From a virus (Duplodnaviria > Caudoviricetes), in IMG/VR virus record IMGVR_UViG_3300017909_004140, positions 32,001 through 96,000 of that record: a stretch of DNA of 64,000 bases; one strand, 5' to 3'. Position 1 is the stretch's first letter. Every line of letters begins with the position of its first letter. Below are positions 55,905 to 64,000 of this stretch, piece by piece. A program made the translations under genes and the position numbers. Below the pieces are notes generated by a model. That model saw only the letters and a list, made by a program, of their open reading frames with translations. It had not been told where the DNA came from and searched no databases.

Positions 55905-56713
55905 GCGTTCAGTCTAAAAAAGATAGAAAAAACATCAAAAAGCTATTAAAACTAGTAATTAATAGAGGTCTTGACGACCTCTATTTTTTTGAGCCAAAGG
56001 AGAAATTTATGCCAAAGAGAAATACTCAATTTAAAGTAGTTAATTCAGAACTTGCAACAATTAGACCTAGCAAGAAACTGTACATTGAGGCAAAGAATGA
56101 AAGACAGCAAAGATATATTGATCTAATGAACGATCTTCATACTCATGTTATAGTTGCTACAGGTCCAAGTGGAACAGGTAAAACACTACTAGCAGTATCA
56201 AAAGGAGCAGAAGAGTTTAATGATAATCATTTTGATAAGATTGTGATCACTCGACCTGCTGTGTCAGTAGATGAGGAGCATGGATACCTACCAGGAGACA
56301 TACTAGAAAAGATGGATCCTTGGATGAAACCAATTACTGATATACTGTCAAGCTACTTTTCTAAACAACAACTTGAGTATCTAATGAGAGAGGAGAAGAT
56401 TGAAGTAGCTCCTCTAGCATATATGCGAGGACGTACTTTTAAACACTGTTGGGTAATTGCAGATGAAATGCAAAACGCAACACGCGAGCAGGTAAAAATG
56501 CTACTAACGCGTTTAGGAGAAGGTTCTAAGTTTATCCTTACTGGAGATCTTGATCAACATGATAATGGATATGAAGAAAATGGACTAGCACACTTTATGG
56601 ATCGTCTTGTGCATCATGGCGCAACAGACTATATTAAGTATGTTGAGTTTACTTCAGCAGATATTGAGCGACATCCTGTAGTACGCGAGGTGTTAGAAAT
56701 CTATCAAGATTAA
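55895..56713 (+). CDS. phoH: PhoH-family ATPase (start may be 56009)
   Basis: GPSGTGKT, RPAV, GYLPG, PLAYMRGRTF, DEMQN, LTRLG, GDLDQ, RHPVV. Confidence 0.95.
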   Translation: MCMSVQSKKDRKNIKKLLKLVINRGLDDLYFFEPKEKFMPKRNTQFKVVNSELATIRPSKKLYIEAKNERQQRYIDLMNDLHTHVIVATGPSGTGKTLLAVSKGAEEFNDNHFDKIVITRPAVSVDEEHGYLPGDILEKMDPWMKPITDILSSYFSKQQLEYLMREEKIEVAPLAYMRGRTFKHCWVIADEMQNATREQVKMLLTRLGEGSKFILTGDLDQHDNGYEENGLAHFMDRLVHHGATDYIKYVEFTSADIERHPVVREVLEIYQD

Positions 56714-56745
56714 CTGTCTAACTACAATTTATAATAAATTTTGCA

Positions 56746-56795
56746 TTGCTCAATCCTTAAAAATTTTATAATATATATTTATTGATTGAGTGAGA
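56746..56795 (+). promoter_or_regulatory. T5-like promoter P1
   Basis: TTGCTC-17-TAATAT, then ATTGATTGAGTGAG. Confidence 0.65.
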
Positions 56796-57015
56796 AGGCT
56801 AACGGCATCACTCTGAGCTCGCGACGGTAGGAATGCCTGCTCTTAGCTGTAAGCAAAACATCAATCGTGCTTGTACCAGACGAAAGGTACAGCGTCATGT
56901 GACAACGAGAACAGTCACCGCGTATAGGCCACAAGACTGAGTTTAGACGTCTAACAAACCGTGCTCAAATCTTAATGCCTGGGGAGGCGCGAGATACCTC
57001 CCCATCAATTTTTTT
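56781..57015 (+). ncRNA. Candidate structured ncRNA 1 (~230 nt)
   Basis: No ORF; hairpins GAGTGA/TCACTC, TGTACC/GGTACA, GTGAC/GTCAC; ends in TGGGGAGG/CCTCCCCA stem plus T-run. Confidence 0.6.
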
Positions 57016-57016
57016 G

Positions 57017-57064
57017 TTGCTTATTGCTTAAATTTTTTATATACTGTTTATAGAAGTTGAGAGG
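57017..57064 (+). promoter_or_regulatory. T5-like promoter P2
   Basis: TTGCTT-17-TATACT, then ATAGAAGTTGAGAGG. Confidence 0.75.
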
Positions 57065-57220
57065 ATAACCTTCTAGAAAAAACCTCTTCTAAAGTCTCTG
57101 GGCGAGTGCTACGAGTAAGGAAAGCAAGCAAGCCAACGATGCGATCTGTATGAGGCAGTGAGCTAGGCACTTAAAACTTAACCTTCGCTAGTACAGAAAC
57201 TACTCTCGCCTGTGATTTTA
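57050..57220 (+). ncRNA. Candidate structured ncRNA 2 (~165 nt)
   Basis: AGAGG/CCTCT hairpin, then nested GGCGAG/CTCGCC, TCTGTA/TACAGA, AGTG/CACT. Confidence 0.55.
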
Positions 57221-57223
57221 TAG

Positions 57224-57275
57224 TTGCTAGATCGTTAAAAATTTAGTATTATATATTTATAGAAATTGAGAGAGG
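57224..57275 (+). promoter_or_regulatory. T5-like promoter P3
   Basis: TTGCTA-17-TATTAT, then ATAGAAATTGAGAGAGG. Confidence 0.75.
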
Positions 57276-58290
57276 CATCATCCTCTGGGCTTCGGTTCTC
57301 CGCTTCGGCGCGCTTGAACAAAGTGAAAGTTAAAATCCAGTTAATGATGCAACGGAGTCACGGAATCGGTCTCAGCCTCTTTCTCTCATGGCGCTGAACG
57401 TATTTTGTTCTGGCCGCCAGCAAGTCCTGGTCTGATAGTTCAGATAAGAGCAATTATAGCCACCAGGCAGTTATATGAGTAGTTTCGGTAAGGATAACCT
57501 ACTTTAAAAAACCTACCTCAAAGTGTGAACAAGTCTAGATTGAACACACTTTGGTTAGCACTGAGAGTTTCGGCTGTCAGTTCCGCGCCGTTGGCTGTAA
57601 AGCTTGATCAGGCGGATTCTTGTCGTGAGATGCAATTCACGAGTCGGGGAGGAGCTATGCATTGCGCACCTCAAGGTAACTGGCGAGGTTGGTGGCGGTT
57701 ACACTTTTACTCAGGCTGGACAGGCTAGCGTGTGTCCTATGTCACAAATCTTTCGAGAGGTCGGAGTAAATTATAGACTTACATTGTTGAGTCACTGAAC
57801 AGTTGAAGAATGAAGGGCAACTGAATTTTGGAAGCTGATCACACCTCAGCGCTTGCGTTGAGCATACTTTAGCAGTGTAGGGGAGAAGCGACGGCTTTTC
57901 CAGCTCTCCGAGGGGGAGATGCAGTAGAAACAAGGTCTATAGCGTTTCGTGACTGCAACCTTATTACGGTTAGCTCGTTTGGGGGGGCTTATACAGTCGA
58001 GTAGACAGACTTCATCCACCTGTCGTCTCCTGTATAGAGATGGTACGAGCGATTAAGCGGCGGGCGAGGTGCTGGCTTAATATTTTGAATTGAACTGGAC
58101 GCTAACTCCAGCCGAAGCTTAGGCTTGTAAAGTTAGCAGAGCTAGGTAAGCTGTTACTCATGTGAGGCCTTGCCGCTGAATTAGATTCGGGCGAAAGACA
58201 GCGCAACAAAAAGGAGAATCTAGAAAACTTGGGCAACCAGCTTTCTAGGAGTAACTGGGCGTAACCTCGTGTTGCGCCCTTTTGCCTTTT
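57259..58290 (+). ncRNA. Candidate large (~1 kb) structured ncRNA or ncRNA polycistron
   Basis: More GC-rich than flanks, no credible ORF, many hairpins including two C(UUCG)G loops, long-range pairing, bounded by promoter P3 and a terminator. Confidence 0.7.
58257..58290 (+). terminator. Intrinsic terminator
   Basis: GGGCGTAAC-ctcgt-GTTGCGCCC-TTTT. Confidence 0.8.
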
Positions 58291-58320
58291 AGCAAAATAT
58301 AAATTTAGGCAATTTTATAC

Positions 58321-58370
58321 TTGCACGGCGTGGAGATTTTTGGTAATATATAATTAACAAATTGAGGAGA
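58321..58370 (+). promoter_or_regulatory. T5-like promoter P4
   Basis: TTGCAC-17-TAATAT, then AACAAATTGAGGAG. Confidence 0.65.
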
Positions 58371-58448
58371 CGCACATTCTGCGGATCTCAACGCCAATTC
58401 AAAATTACTATACGTAAATGGAGTCTTGGCAGAAACACGTCTCCTCAC
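58356..58448 (+). ncRNA. Candidate small structured RNA or leader 4 (~90 nt)
   Basis: Perfect 10-bp closing stem TGAGGAGACG/CGTCTCCTCA enclosing CGCA/TGCG and GCCAA/TTGGC stems. Confidence 0.5.
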
Positions 58449-58456
58449 CTATCATC

Positions 58457-58714
58457 ATGGAGAAGCAGTTGTATTTAGTACGACGCACACTTAAAGGTCA
58501 TGAGGTCTCATCTTGGGGCGAATCTAGCGAACCGCTGGCAGTCTATCATGTAGGCGCTCGCTGTTCCTGTCCTAGTTATCGCAAGCCTTGCAAGCATCAG
58601 CGAATGGTAAAGAAGCATATCTCACTATCTGAGCCTCCAGGACAAGTCTACGATATCTCGCCCGCGAACCGCGTGATCGCACTACACTCTCTTCTAGAAT
58701 CTAGCACTTCTTAG
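58457..58714 (+). CDS. SWIM-type Zn-finger protein
   Basis: YHV...CSCPSYRKPCKH; start moved downstream of the RNA stem. Confidence 0.65.
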   Translation: MEKQLYLVRRTLKGHEVSSWGESSEPLAVYHVGARCSCPSYRKPCKHQRMVKKHISLSEPPGQVYDISPANRVIALHSLLESSTS

Positions 58715-58791
58715 ATATAAGAATTCAACTTTTGACAATTGGTCAAATTCATGTTACTTTATAGGAGAGAAAAAAAAGAAACGGAGTTTCA

Positions 58792-58899
58792 ATGCGCAGG
58801 CGAAAACGCCAAGAGATCTATGCGGCTCAGTTAAAAGTATTGTTTTTAGTATCACCACTTGCCGCTACAATTGCTCTTATGTATTCTATATTTCACTGA
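58792..58899 (+). CDS. 35-aa membrane peptide (not in ORF track)
   Basis: MRRRKRQEIYAAQLKVLFLVSPLAATIALMYSIFH; GGAG SD; promoter TTGACA-17-TACTTT. Confidence 0.5.
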   Translation: MRRRKRQEIYAAQLKVLFLVSPLAATIALMYSIFH

Positions 58900-59044
58900 G
58901 TTTGCATACTGAGTGATGAAATCACTACTAGTGTCACGCCACCCGTGCGCCTACATTTTAGGCTTGCTATGCGGTGGCTTTTTTGTTATAATTAATAATA
59001 ATCGGAGGGCAGCGCTCGCACGGAGTGCGACAGAGGAGGTGAGA

Positions 59045-59278
59045 ATGAGACGAGCAATACAAAATGGTAATTGGATTTCATTTTATGAAAACAACAAACT
59101 AGTTGGCAGAGTTGATTACTCAGAACGAGCACAGGTCTATAGAGATAAAGCTTGTCATAATTGGACTAGTGGTGTATTACAACCAGAAACTGTTTTAATG
59201 TTTGCAGATGAACAACTTGAGTTTGATTTTGATGTTCATCAAGGTGGCGTAGAAAACTGGGCTAAGTATAATGCCTAG
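59045..59278 (+). CDS. Hypothetical protein
   Basis: GAGGAGG SD before ATG 59045; promoter TTGCTA-17-TATAAT near 58964. Confidence 0.6.
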   Translation: MRRAIQNGNWISFYENNKLVGRVDYSERAQVYRDKACHNWTSGVLQPETVLMFADEQLEFDFDVHQGGVENWAKYNA

Positions 59279-59501
59279 GCGAACAAACGCTGGTCATATT
59301 ATTCCTGAGTCTTCTGAACATTCTAGAGCGACTCTTTGGAACGCTAAAGAGAAGTTTGAGGTACACTCGGAAACTTCGTTTCCTTGTCCTGATGACAGTC
59401 ATCCTCTTTTTACAATTAGAGTTTCAAAGCAACAGCCTACCGCAACCTGTTATTATTGTAGCAAAACTTGGATACTAAATTTAGATGTTAAAGAAGACTG
59501 A
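59271..59501 (+). CDS. zf-CHCC-like zinc-finger protein
   Basis: CPDDSHP...CYYC. Confidence 0.6.
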   Translation: MPRRTNAGHIIPESSEHSRATLWNAKEKFEVHSETSFPCPDDSHPLFTIRVSKQQPTATCYYCSKTWILNLDVKED

Positions 59502-59769
59502 GGTATATAAGCTATTTGATGATCTATCAGTGGAACCAGATACTACTATTCTATCTGCGGCTTATGGTGTTCGAGACTCTATACCTTTTAGAGTAGAAGA
59601 GTGGTCTTGGGATGGTATACAAGGTAAAACAATAGTTTTACACTCTGAACACTGCCCTGCGCTAGTAATTACAGAAGAAGATCTTAAAAAGAAGTTTGAT
59701 GTTGAAGGCAGCACTACTTTTAGAAAAACAGGGCAATACTATTTTTTGAACTATGACTTCTCTATTTAA
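59485..59769 (+). CDS. Hypothetical protein
   Basis: ORF track; overlapping operon. Confidence 0.55.
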   Translation: MLKKTEVYKLFDDLSVEPDTTILSAAYGVRDSIPFRVEEWSWDGIQGKTIVLHSEHCPALVITEEDLKKKFDVEGSTTFRKTGQYYFLNYDFSI

Positions 59770-60232
59770 AGGCACAGCAAACGCTGAACAACTATTTATA
59801 TTAACCTATGCTGAGTTAGATAAGCATCAGATTGTTAATAAAATTTCTCGTGACGAAACCTGGTATCGAGAAAGGCATGAAGGATGGACCTACATTCTCA
59901 ATAAACTGATAAACAGTTTTAATGCAGAAGGCATGAAATATCCTATCTGCATTATGTTTAAAGAGGGTAGCTATAATTGTTGTCATGGAGGACAACGACT
60001 AGCTGCAGCAATGAAATCAAATCTTACTACAGTACCTTGTATTATTGCATGGAGAAATTATGATATCGACAAAATTCCAGCTGACTCCCACTTCATTTCT
60101 GATTTACGAGAATTGGATTCTCTTAATCACGGTGATGTTGAGCGTATACATCTGAGTGGTGGCGGGTTCGAGATTTTAGTTAAGGATAGAAAGCATTGGG
60201 ATCCAAATGACTATATGGACAAAACTACTTAG
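59753..60232 (+). CDS. ParB/Srx-like domain protein
   Basis: LINSFNAEGMKYPI...HGGQRLAAA...VPCII. Confidence 0.65.
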   Translation: MTSLFKGTANAEQLFILTYAELDKHQIVNKISRDETWYRERHEGWTYILNKLINSFNAEGMKYPICIMFKEGSYNCCHGGQRLAAAMKSNLTTVPCIIAWRNYDIDKIPADSHFISDLRELDSLNHGDVERIHLSGGGFEILVKDRKHWDPNDYMDKTT

Positions 60233-60554
60233 TACAGTAGCAGCTACAGTGTTGCTATCGAACTCTGCTCTAGCTGAACTAGAGTGGAGACAGAAGCCTG
60301 TACAGTGTGGTCCTAAAGATAGTTTTTTGAACCTAATACTACAGGCTGATGAAATAGCACTAATGGCAGGGCTAGGACAAATAAAAGTACAAGGTTCTTA
60401 TTATCGTGTTCCGATCTATATTTTTGCTAATACAGAGACAGGCACTTTTACTATTGCAGAGATGCATATTGAGAATGATGAAATTTGTGTTTTAGCTTTT
60501 GGAGCCAACACAACTTTTGATGTAGAAACTCCTAACTTAACAGAGAGATGGTAA
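60207..60554 (+). CDS. Secreted hypothetical protein
   Basis: Signal peptide; KPVQCG...TGTFTI.E...CVLAFG. Confidence 0.6.
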   Translation: MTIWTKLLSTVAATVLLSNSALAELEWRQKPVQCGPKDSFLNLILQADEIALMAGLGQIKVQGSYYRVPIYIFANTETGTFTIAEMHIENDEICVLAFGANTTFDVETPNLTERW

Positions 60555-60727
60555 TGGAAAAATTTAACAAACGCCCCTTGAGGTTTGATTCTACTCCTAA
60601 CTCTCCTATTTTACAGGAGATGCGCAAACCTCAACTAATGCTGGTGAAGTATAATGACTATGGAGTACGTAAGTTGAAAAAAAGACTTAAAGACGCAGAA
60701 GAGTATAGTAAAAGAAAGTTTCGTTAA
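60554..60727 (+). CDS. 57-aa basic protein (not in ORF track)
   Basis: Fills the gap; TAATG coupling. Confidence 0.5.
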   Translation: MEKFNKRPLRFDSTPNSPILQEMRKPQLMLVKYNDYGVRKLKKRLKDAEEYSKRKFR

Positions 60728-61387
60728 ATGAATATTTACATCGGTTATGATCCAAAATACCCTAAAGTGTACGAAGCCTGCACTAATTCTATTTTTAGAA
60801 GCACTAACAGTCCTTCTTTCTACACTGTAACTCCTCTTGATCAACAAAAACTAAGAGACTCTAAAGTTTACTGGAGAGAAGAAGATGATAGAGCTTCTAC
60901 TCCTTTTTCGCTTACTCGTTTTTTAGTTCCTCTATTGAACGGATATAATGGATGGGCGCTATACTGCGATAGCGACTTTATATTCTTAGATGATATTAGC
61001 AATCTACTTGCTCTAAAAGATGATACTAAAGCAGTGATGGTAGTGCAACACGACTATGAACCAAAACTTGGTTTTAAAATGAACAGAAAGGTTAATCATA
61101 CATATAGACGAAAGAATTGGTCTTCTCTTATGTTGTTTAACTGTTCTCATATTGCCTGTAAAGGATTAACTCCAGAGATAGTTAATGGTTTTGATCCTGC
61201 TGATTTACACCAGCTTGCTTGGTGCGATGAACATGAGATAGGAGAGTTACCAACAAAATGGAATCATCTTGTGGGATACTATGATGATCCTAATCCTAGC
61301 GCAATTCATTTTACTGATGGAGGTCCGTGGTTATTAGGATATGAGAATGAACCTTTCGCAGATAAATGGAGAGAATATTGCTCATAG
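60728..61387 (+). CDS. GT8-like glycosyltransferase
   Basis: IYIGYD, STPFSLTRFLVP, YCDSDF, RKNWSSLMLFN, WNHLVG, HFTDGGPW. Confidence 0.85.
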   Translation: MNIYIGYDPKYPKVYEACTNSIFRSTNSPSFYTVTPLDQQKLRDSKVYWREEDDRASTPFSLTRFLVPLLNGYNGWALYCDSDFIFLDDISNLLALKDDTKAVMVVQHDYEPKLGFKMNRKVNHTYRRKNWSSLMLFNCSHIACKGLTPEIVNGFDPADLHQLAWCDEHEIGELPTKWNHLVGYYDDPNPSAIHFTDGGPWLLGYENEPFADKWREYCS

Positions 61388-61926
61388 ATATTCTCAACTT
61401 TATTGATGATAGAGATGTTTATATCATTTCTTCTGGAGTTCCTCTACAAGACGTTAAGATTGAGGGAGCCCCTGTCTTAGTACGGCTTAACTCTAGTCGT
61501 CGGTGGGGAGACTGTGATATTTGGTTTAATAATCAGTCTCAAGATCCAAGATTTCAACGAGACTCTCGAGGCTCTGGTAATGAAAAATACATTATTCGTG
61601 CTAATGGAGATAATGATGGTGCAAATATGCGCCGTAACTATCCAGAAGAGTTTTTACCACATACATACTTTTGGGATGTTGAAAACTGGAAAAATATGAC
61701 AAAAGAGATGCAAATAGATAGACCTCTTACAGGAACTATTGCTGCATACTGGTTTCACAAGTATACAGAATCTACTATACACTTAATAAACTATGACTTT
61801 TATGAACAAAACAAAATACACACTGTGAGAAATATTCCACAGCCTGCCCCTGTTCACAAGCCTTGGCTCGATAAGGCATTTCTAAATACTTTAGATAGAA
61901 TACAGTATGGATGGATTATTCCATGA
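61366..61926 (+). CDS. Hypothetical protein with possible sialyltransferase-like fold
   Basis: LVRLN...RPLTG.IA...LINYDFY...H resembles sialyl motifs. Confidence 0.4.
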   Translation: MERILLIDILNFIDDRDVYIISSGVPLQDVKIEGAPVLVRLNSSRRWGDCDIWFNNQSQDPRFQRDSRGSGNEKYIIRANGDNDGANMRRNYPEEFLPHTYFWDVENWKNMTKEMQIDRPLTGTIAAYWFHKYTESTIHLINYDFYEQNKIHTVRNIPQPAPVHKPWLDKAFLNTLDRIQYGWIIP

Positions 61927-62885
61927 TTAAACACGCATCAGTCGAAATAAATGGTGGGTGCAACTATGCTTGTCCTATGTGTCCTCAAGCAGAAGGGAGA
62001 GAAAAAGCATTTCTCAAAAAGTTACCACTAGAGACCTATAGAAATATTATATCTCAACTAGCCGACCTTGGCTGTAAAGAGATAAATCTTCAAGGAAGTG
62101 GCGAGCCTTTATTAAATAAGAACATTGACGAGTATATTAGATATGCTTTTAAAAATGGTATAGATTGTAATATTGTAACAAACGGTCATAATCTAACTGA
62201 TGATATGTCAAGTAAATTGATTGACGCTGGGTTGAAAAACATCAGAGTTAGTGTAATTGGATATACACCTTCTCTCTATAAACAGTGGATGAGTAAAGAT
62301 GCTTTTTCTACCGTCTACATGAACGTACATAAATTTATGAAAAAAGCAAAAAGTTCTTACACAACTATTTCATCTTATCACTTAATTTTAGATAACGATA
62401 AAAAAGAAGAGGAAATACTAGCCTACAAACAGTCTTGGATTGATCCTCTACAAATTGAAGCAGAGATATGGGAAATGCATAATTGGGGAGGACAGTATGA
62501 TACTCCATACTCTCGTGAAACTTTACAAAAACGTTCTTGTGGTAGACCTTTTGCTCCTTATCTAAATGTAAGAGCAGGAGGACTTGATGGAAAACATGGA
62601 GCAGTAGTTCCCTGTTGTTATGTGTTAGGGCAAGATTCAAAAGCAGTGCTAGGACATCTAGACACACAAACTATTGAAGAAGTATGGAACTCTGCTGAGT
62701 ATGAACAATTACGTGCTGCTCATAGAGAAGAACAATTCGATTCTATAGACTACTGTAAAGACTGTGATCAACTCTATGACGCTCCTGATTCTTTAGTGTG
62801 GACTAATATAAAAGGCAAGAAATACGGACAACATAAGATAGACAAATCATTTGACTTTAGGGATTTTGTTAAAGATGCGCGGTAA
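61911..62885 (+). CDS. Radical SAM enzyme with SPASM/twitch domain
   Basis: CNYACPMCP, GSGEPLL, CGRPF...VVPCC...LG..IEEVWN...CKDC. Confidence 0.93.
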   Translation: MDYSMIKHASVEINGGCNYACPMCPQAEGREKAFLKKLPLETYRNIISQLADLGCKEINLQGSGEPLLNKNIDEYIRYAFKNGIDCNIVTNGHNLTDDMSSKLIDAGLKNIRVSVIGYTPSLYKQWMSKDAFSTVYMNVHKFMKKAKSSYTTISSYHLILDNDKKEEEILAYKQSWIDPLQIEAEIWEMHNWGGQYDTPYSRETLQKRSCGRPFAPYLNVRAGGLDGKHGAVVPCCYVLGQDSKAVLGHLDTQTIEEVWNSAEYEQLRAAHREEQFDSIDYCKDCDQLYDAPDSLVWTNIKGKKYGQHKIDKSFDFRDFVKDAR

Positions 62886-63459
62886 GAAAATAAACTACAA
62901 ACTACTAGATAGTGAAGTTCCAGCTTTTTCTGATACTAGCATTGAGTTTTTAGAGAAGGCTGTACGAAAAAATCATGTAGTTTTTGAGTGGGGATCAGGA
63001 GCTTCTACTTTTTGGTTCGCTGATAGGTGTCATACTATTTGGAGTGTAGAGTACTTTAAATTATTTTATGATGAACTCGTTGAAAGAGCTGAAAATAGAA
63101 TAAATGTTAACTTGATACTAAAAGAGCCTGATGAAACAAAACAAGAAGTTGAGTATATAGCTAAAAACTCTTCAGCATCAGGATACTCTTTTAAAGCTTT
63201 TGCTCATTCAATTGATACTTTTAAAGATAGATATTTTGATTGGATAGTAATTGACGGTCGAGCCAGACCCAAATGTTTAGAGCTAGCTCTTCCTAAACTA
63301 CGACTTGGAGGAAGTATCATTTTTGATGATTCTGAGCGAGGAGCTTATTTTGAAGCTATGATGAAGCACTCTCATCATTTTGACGGCATAATGCAGTTTT
63401 CAGGAGTTACTGTAGATAAAAAGAGAAATACCACTTCAATACTCTATAAGAAAAAATAG
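62851..63459 (+). CDS. Class I SAM methyltransferase
   Basis: VFEWGSGASTFWF, IVIDGRAR..C, GGSIIFDDSER. Confidence 0.85.
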   Translation: MTLGILLKMRGKKINYKLLDSEVPAFSDTSIEFLEKAVRKNHVVFEWGSGASTFWFADRCHTIWSVEYFKLFYDELVERAENRINVNLILKEPDETKQEVEYIAKNSSASGYSFKAFAHSIDTFKDRYFDWIVIDGRARPKCLELALPKLRLGGSIIFDDSERGAYFEAMMKHSHHFDGIMQFSGVTVDKKRNTTSILYKKK

Positions 63460-63555
63460 TTCTTGCATTCTCAGCATTTTTTTGATATATTGTAATTGTA
63501 AGATTTGCCTAAGAGGGAGTCTTACTTTAATTCTTGCTTAATAAGGAGATATGCA

Positions 63556-63987
63556 ATGACACATCTAACTACTATTGATTTAAATAGAATCACACCTTTT
63601 GCTGTAGGTTTTGATAGAATCTTTAACGATATGCATCGTTATATGGAACATCAATCCTCTTCCACAGCGTTTCCACCGTATAACATTATTAAAGATGGTA
63701 ATAATTTTCAAATTGAGATAGCACTAGCTGGTGTTAAGAAAGAAGATTTGAAGATGGAAATGGCTGATGGCGTTTTAACTATTGAACACACTCCTGAGAC
63801 TATTGAAGAGTCTAAAAAATGGGAGTGGTTACATCGCGGAATTTCACAACGTAAGTTTCGTCGTAAGTTTACTCTTGCTGATGATATTGTTGTGAACTCA
63901 GCTGCTATGGAAAACGGTATGTTGTATATTAATTTAGAACGTATCATTCCAGAAGAGAAAATGCCGAAGCTCATTGAGATCAAGTGA
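63556..63987 (+). CDS. Small heat shock protein (Hsp20/IbpA-like)
   Basis: VGFDR, FPPYNI, IEIALAG, LHRGISQRKF, ENGML.I.L..IIPEEK.PK; AAGGAG SD. Confidence 0.95.
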   Translation: MTHLTTIDLNRITPFAVGFDRIFNDMHRYMEHQSSSTAFPPYNIIKDGNNFQIEIALAGVKKEDLKMEMADGVLTIEHTPETIEESKKWEWLHRGISQRKFRRKFTLADDIVVNSAAMENGMLYINLERIIPEEKMPKLIEIK

Positions 63988-64000
63988 TTTAGTCTTGACA

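Noticed and set aside
56781-57220. Hammerhead ribozyme in RNA 1 or 2 (CTGA..GAAA, CTGTATGA..GAAAC)
   Set aside because: The CUGANGA core and the required three-stem arrangement are not met.
57525-57933. Three 63-67-aa ORFs inside the large RNA
   Set aside because: Weak starts, no convincing SD, mutually overlapping, atypical composition; expected by chance in a GC-richer tract.
57259-58290. RNase P RNA, group I/II intron or rRNA fragment
   Set aside because: No GAGGAAAGUCC/P4 signature, no group II domain V, no interrupted host gene, no rRNA conserved blocks seen by eye; a covariance search is still needed.
1-64000. Stop-codon reassignment, integrase or transposase
   Set aside because: Standard-code ORFs tile the window with intact known proteins, and no mobile-element genes were recognised.

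Overview
AT-rich, gene-dense segment of a large dsDNA tailed phage. It is probably T5-like: it carries a D5-like / NAD+ ligase / D3-like / PC4-like module and promoters shaped like T5 PN25. The host is probably a marine alphaproteobacterium, judged from a permuted two-piece tmRNA, pseudoazurin and an alphaproteobacterial-type PstS. From left to right: pstS with a Pho box; the T5-like DNA module; a ~15 kb nucleotide-sugar/glycosyltransferase operon; a two-piece tmRNA whose intervening segment is filled by a 68-codon ORF, next to bS21; host-like genes (guaC, Fpg/Nei, pseudoazurin, IscA, thyX); paralogous KFPF-repeat proteins interleaved with a lysis cassette; a 14-gene operon with four radical SAM/SPASM enzymes, three Fe/2OG-type oxygenases, a GNAT and methyltransferase-like genes around a 199-aa virion-like protein ending CHASCHSNCHSSRGRR; two tRNAs; tail fibre and adhesin; peroxiredoxin; phoH; a ~1.7 kb array of separately promoted structured non-coding RNAs including a ~1 kb RNA; a second GT/radical SAM mini-cluster; and Hsp20. 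The best candidates for undescribed biology are the radical-SAM protein-modification operon, the ncRNA array and the ORF inside the tmRNA. All family calls come from motif recognition by eye, not database searches.
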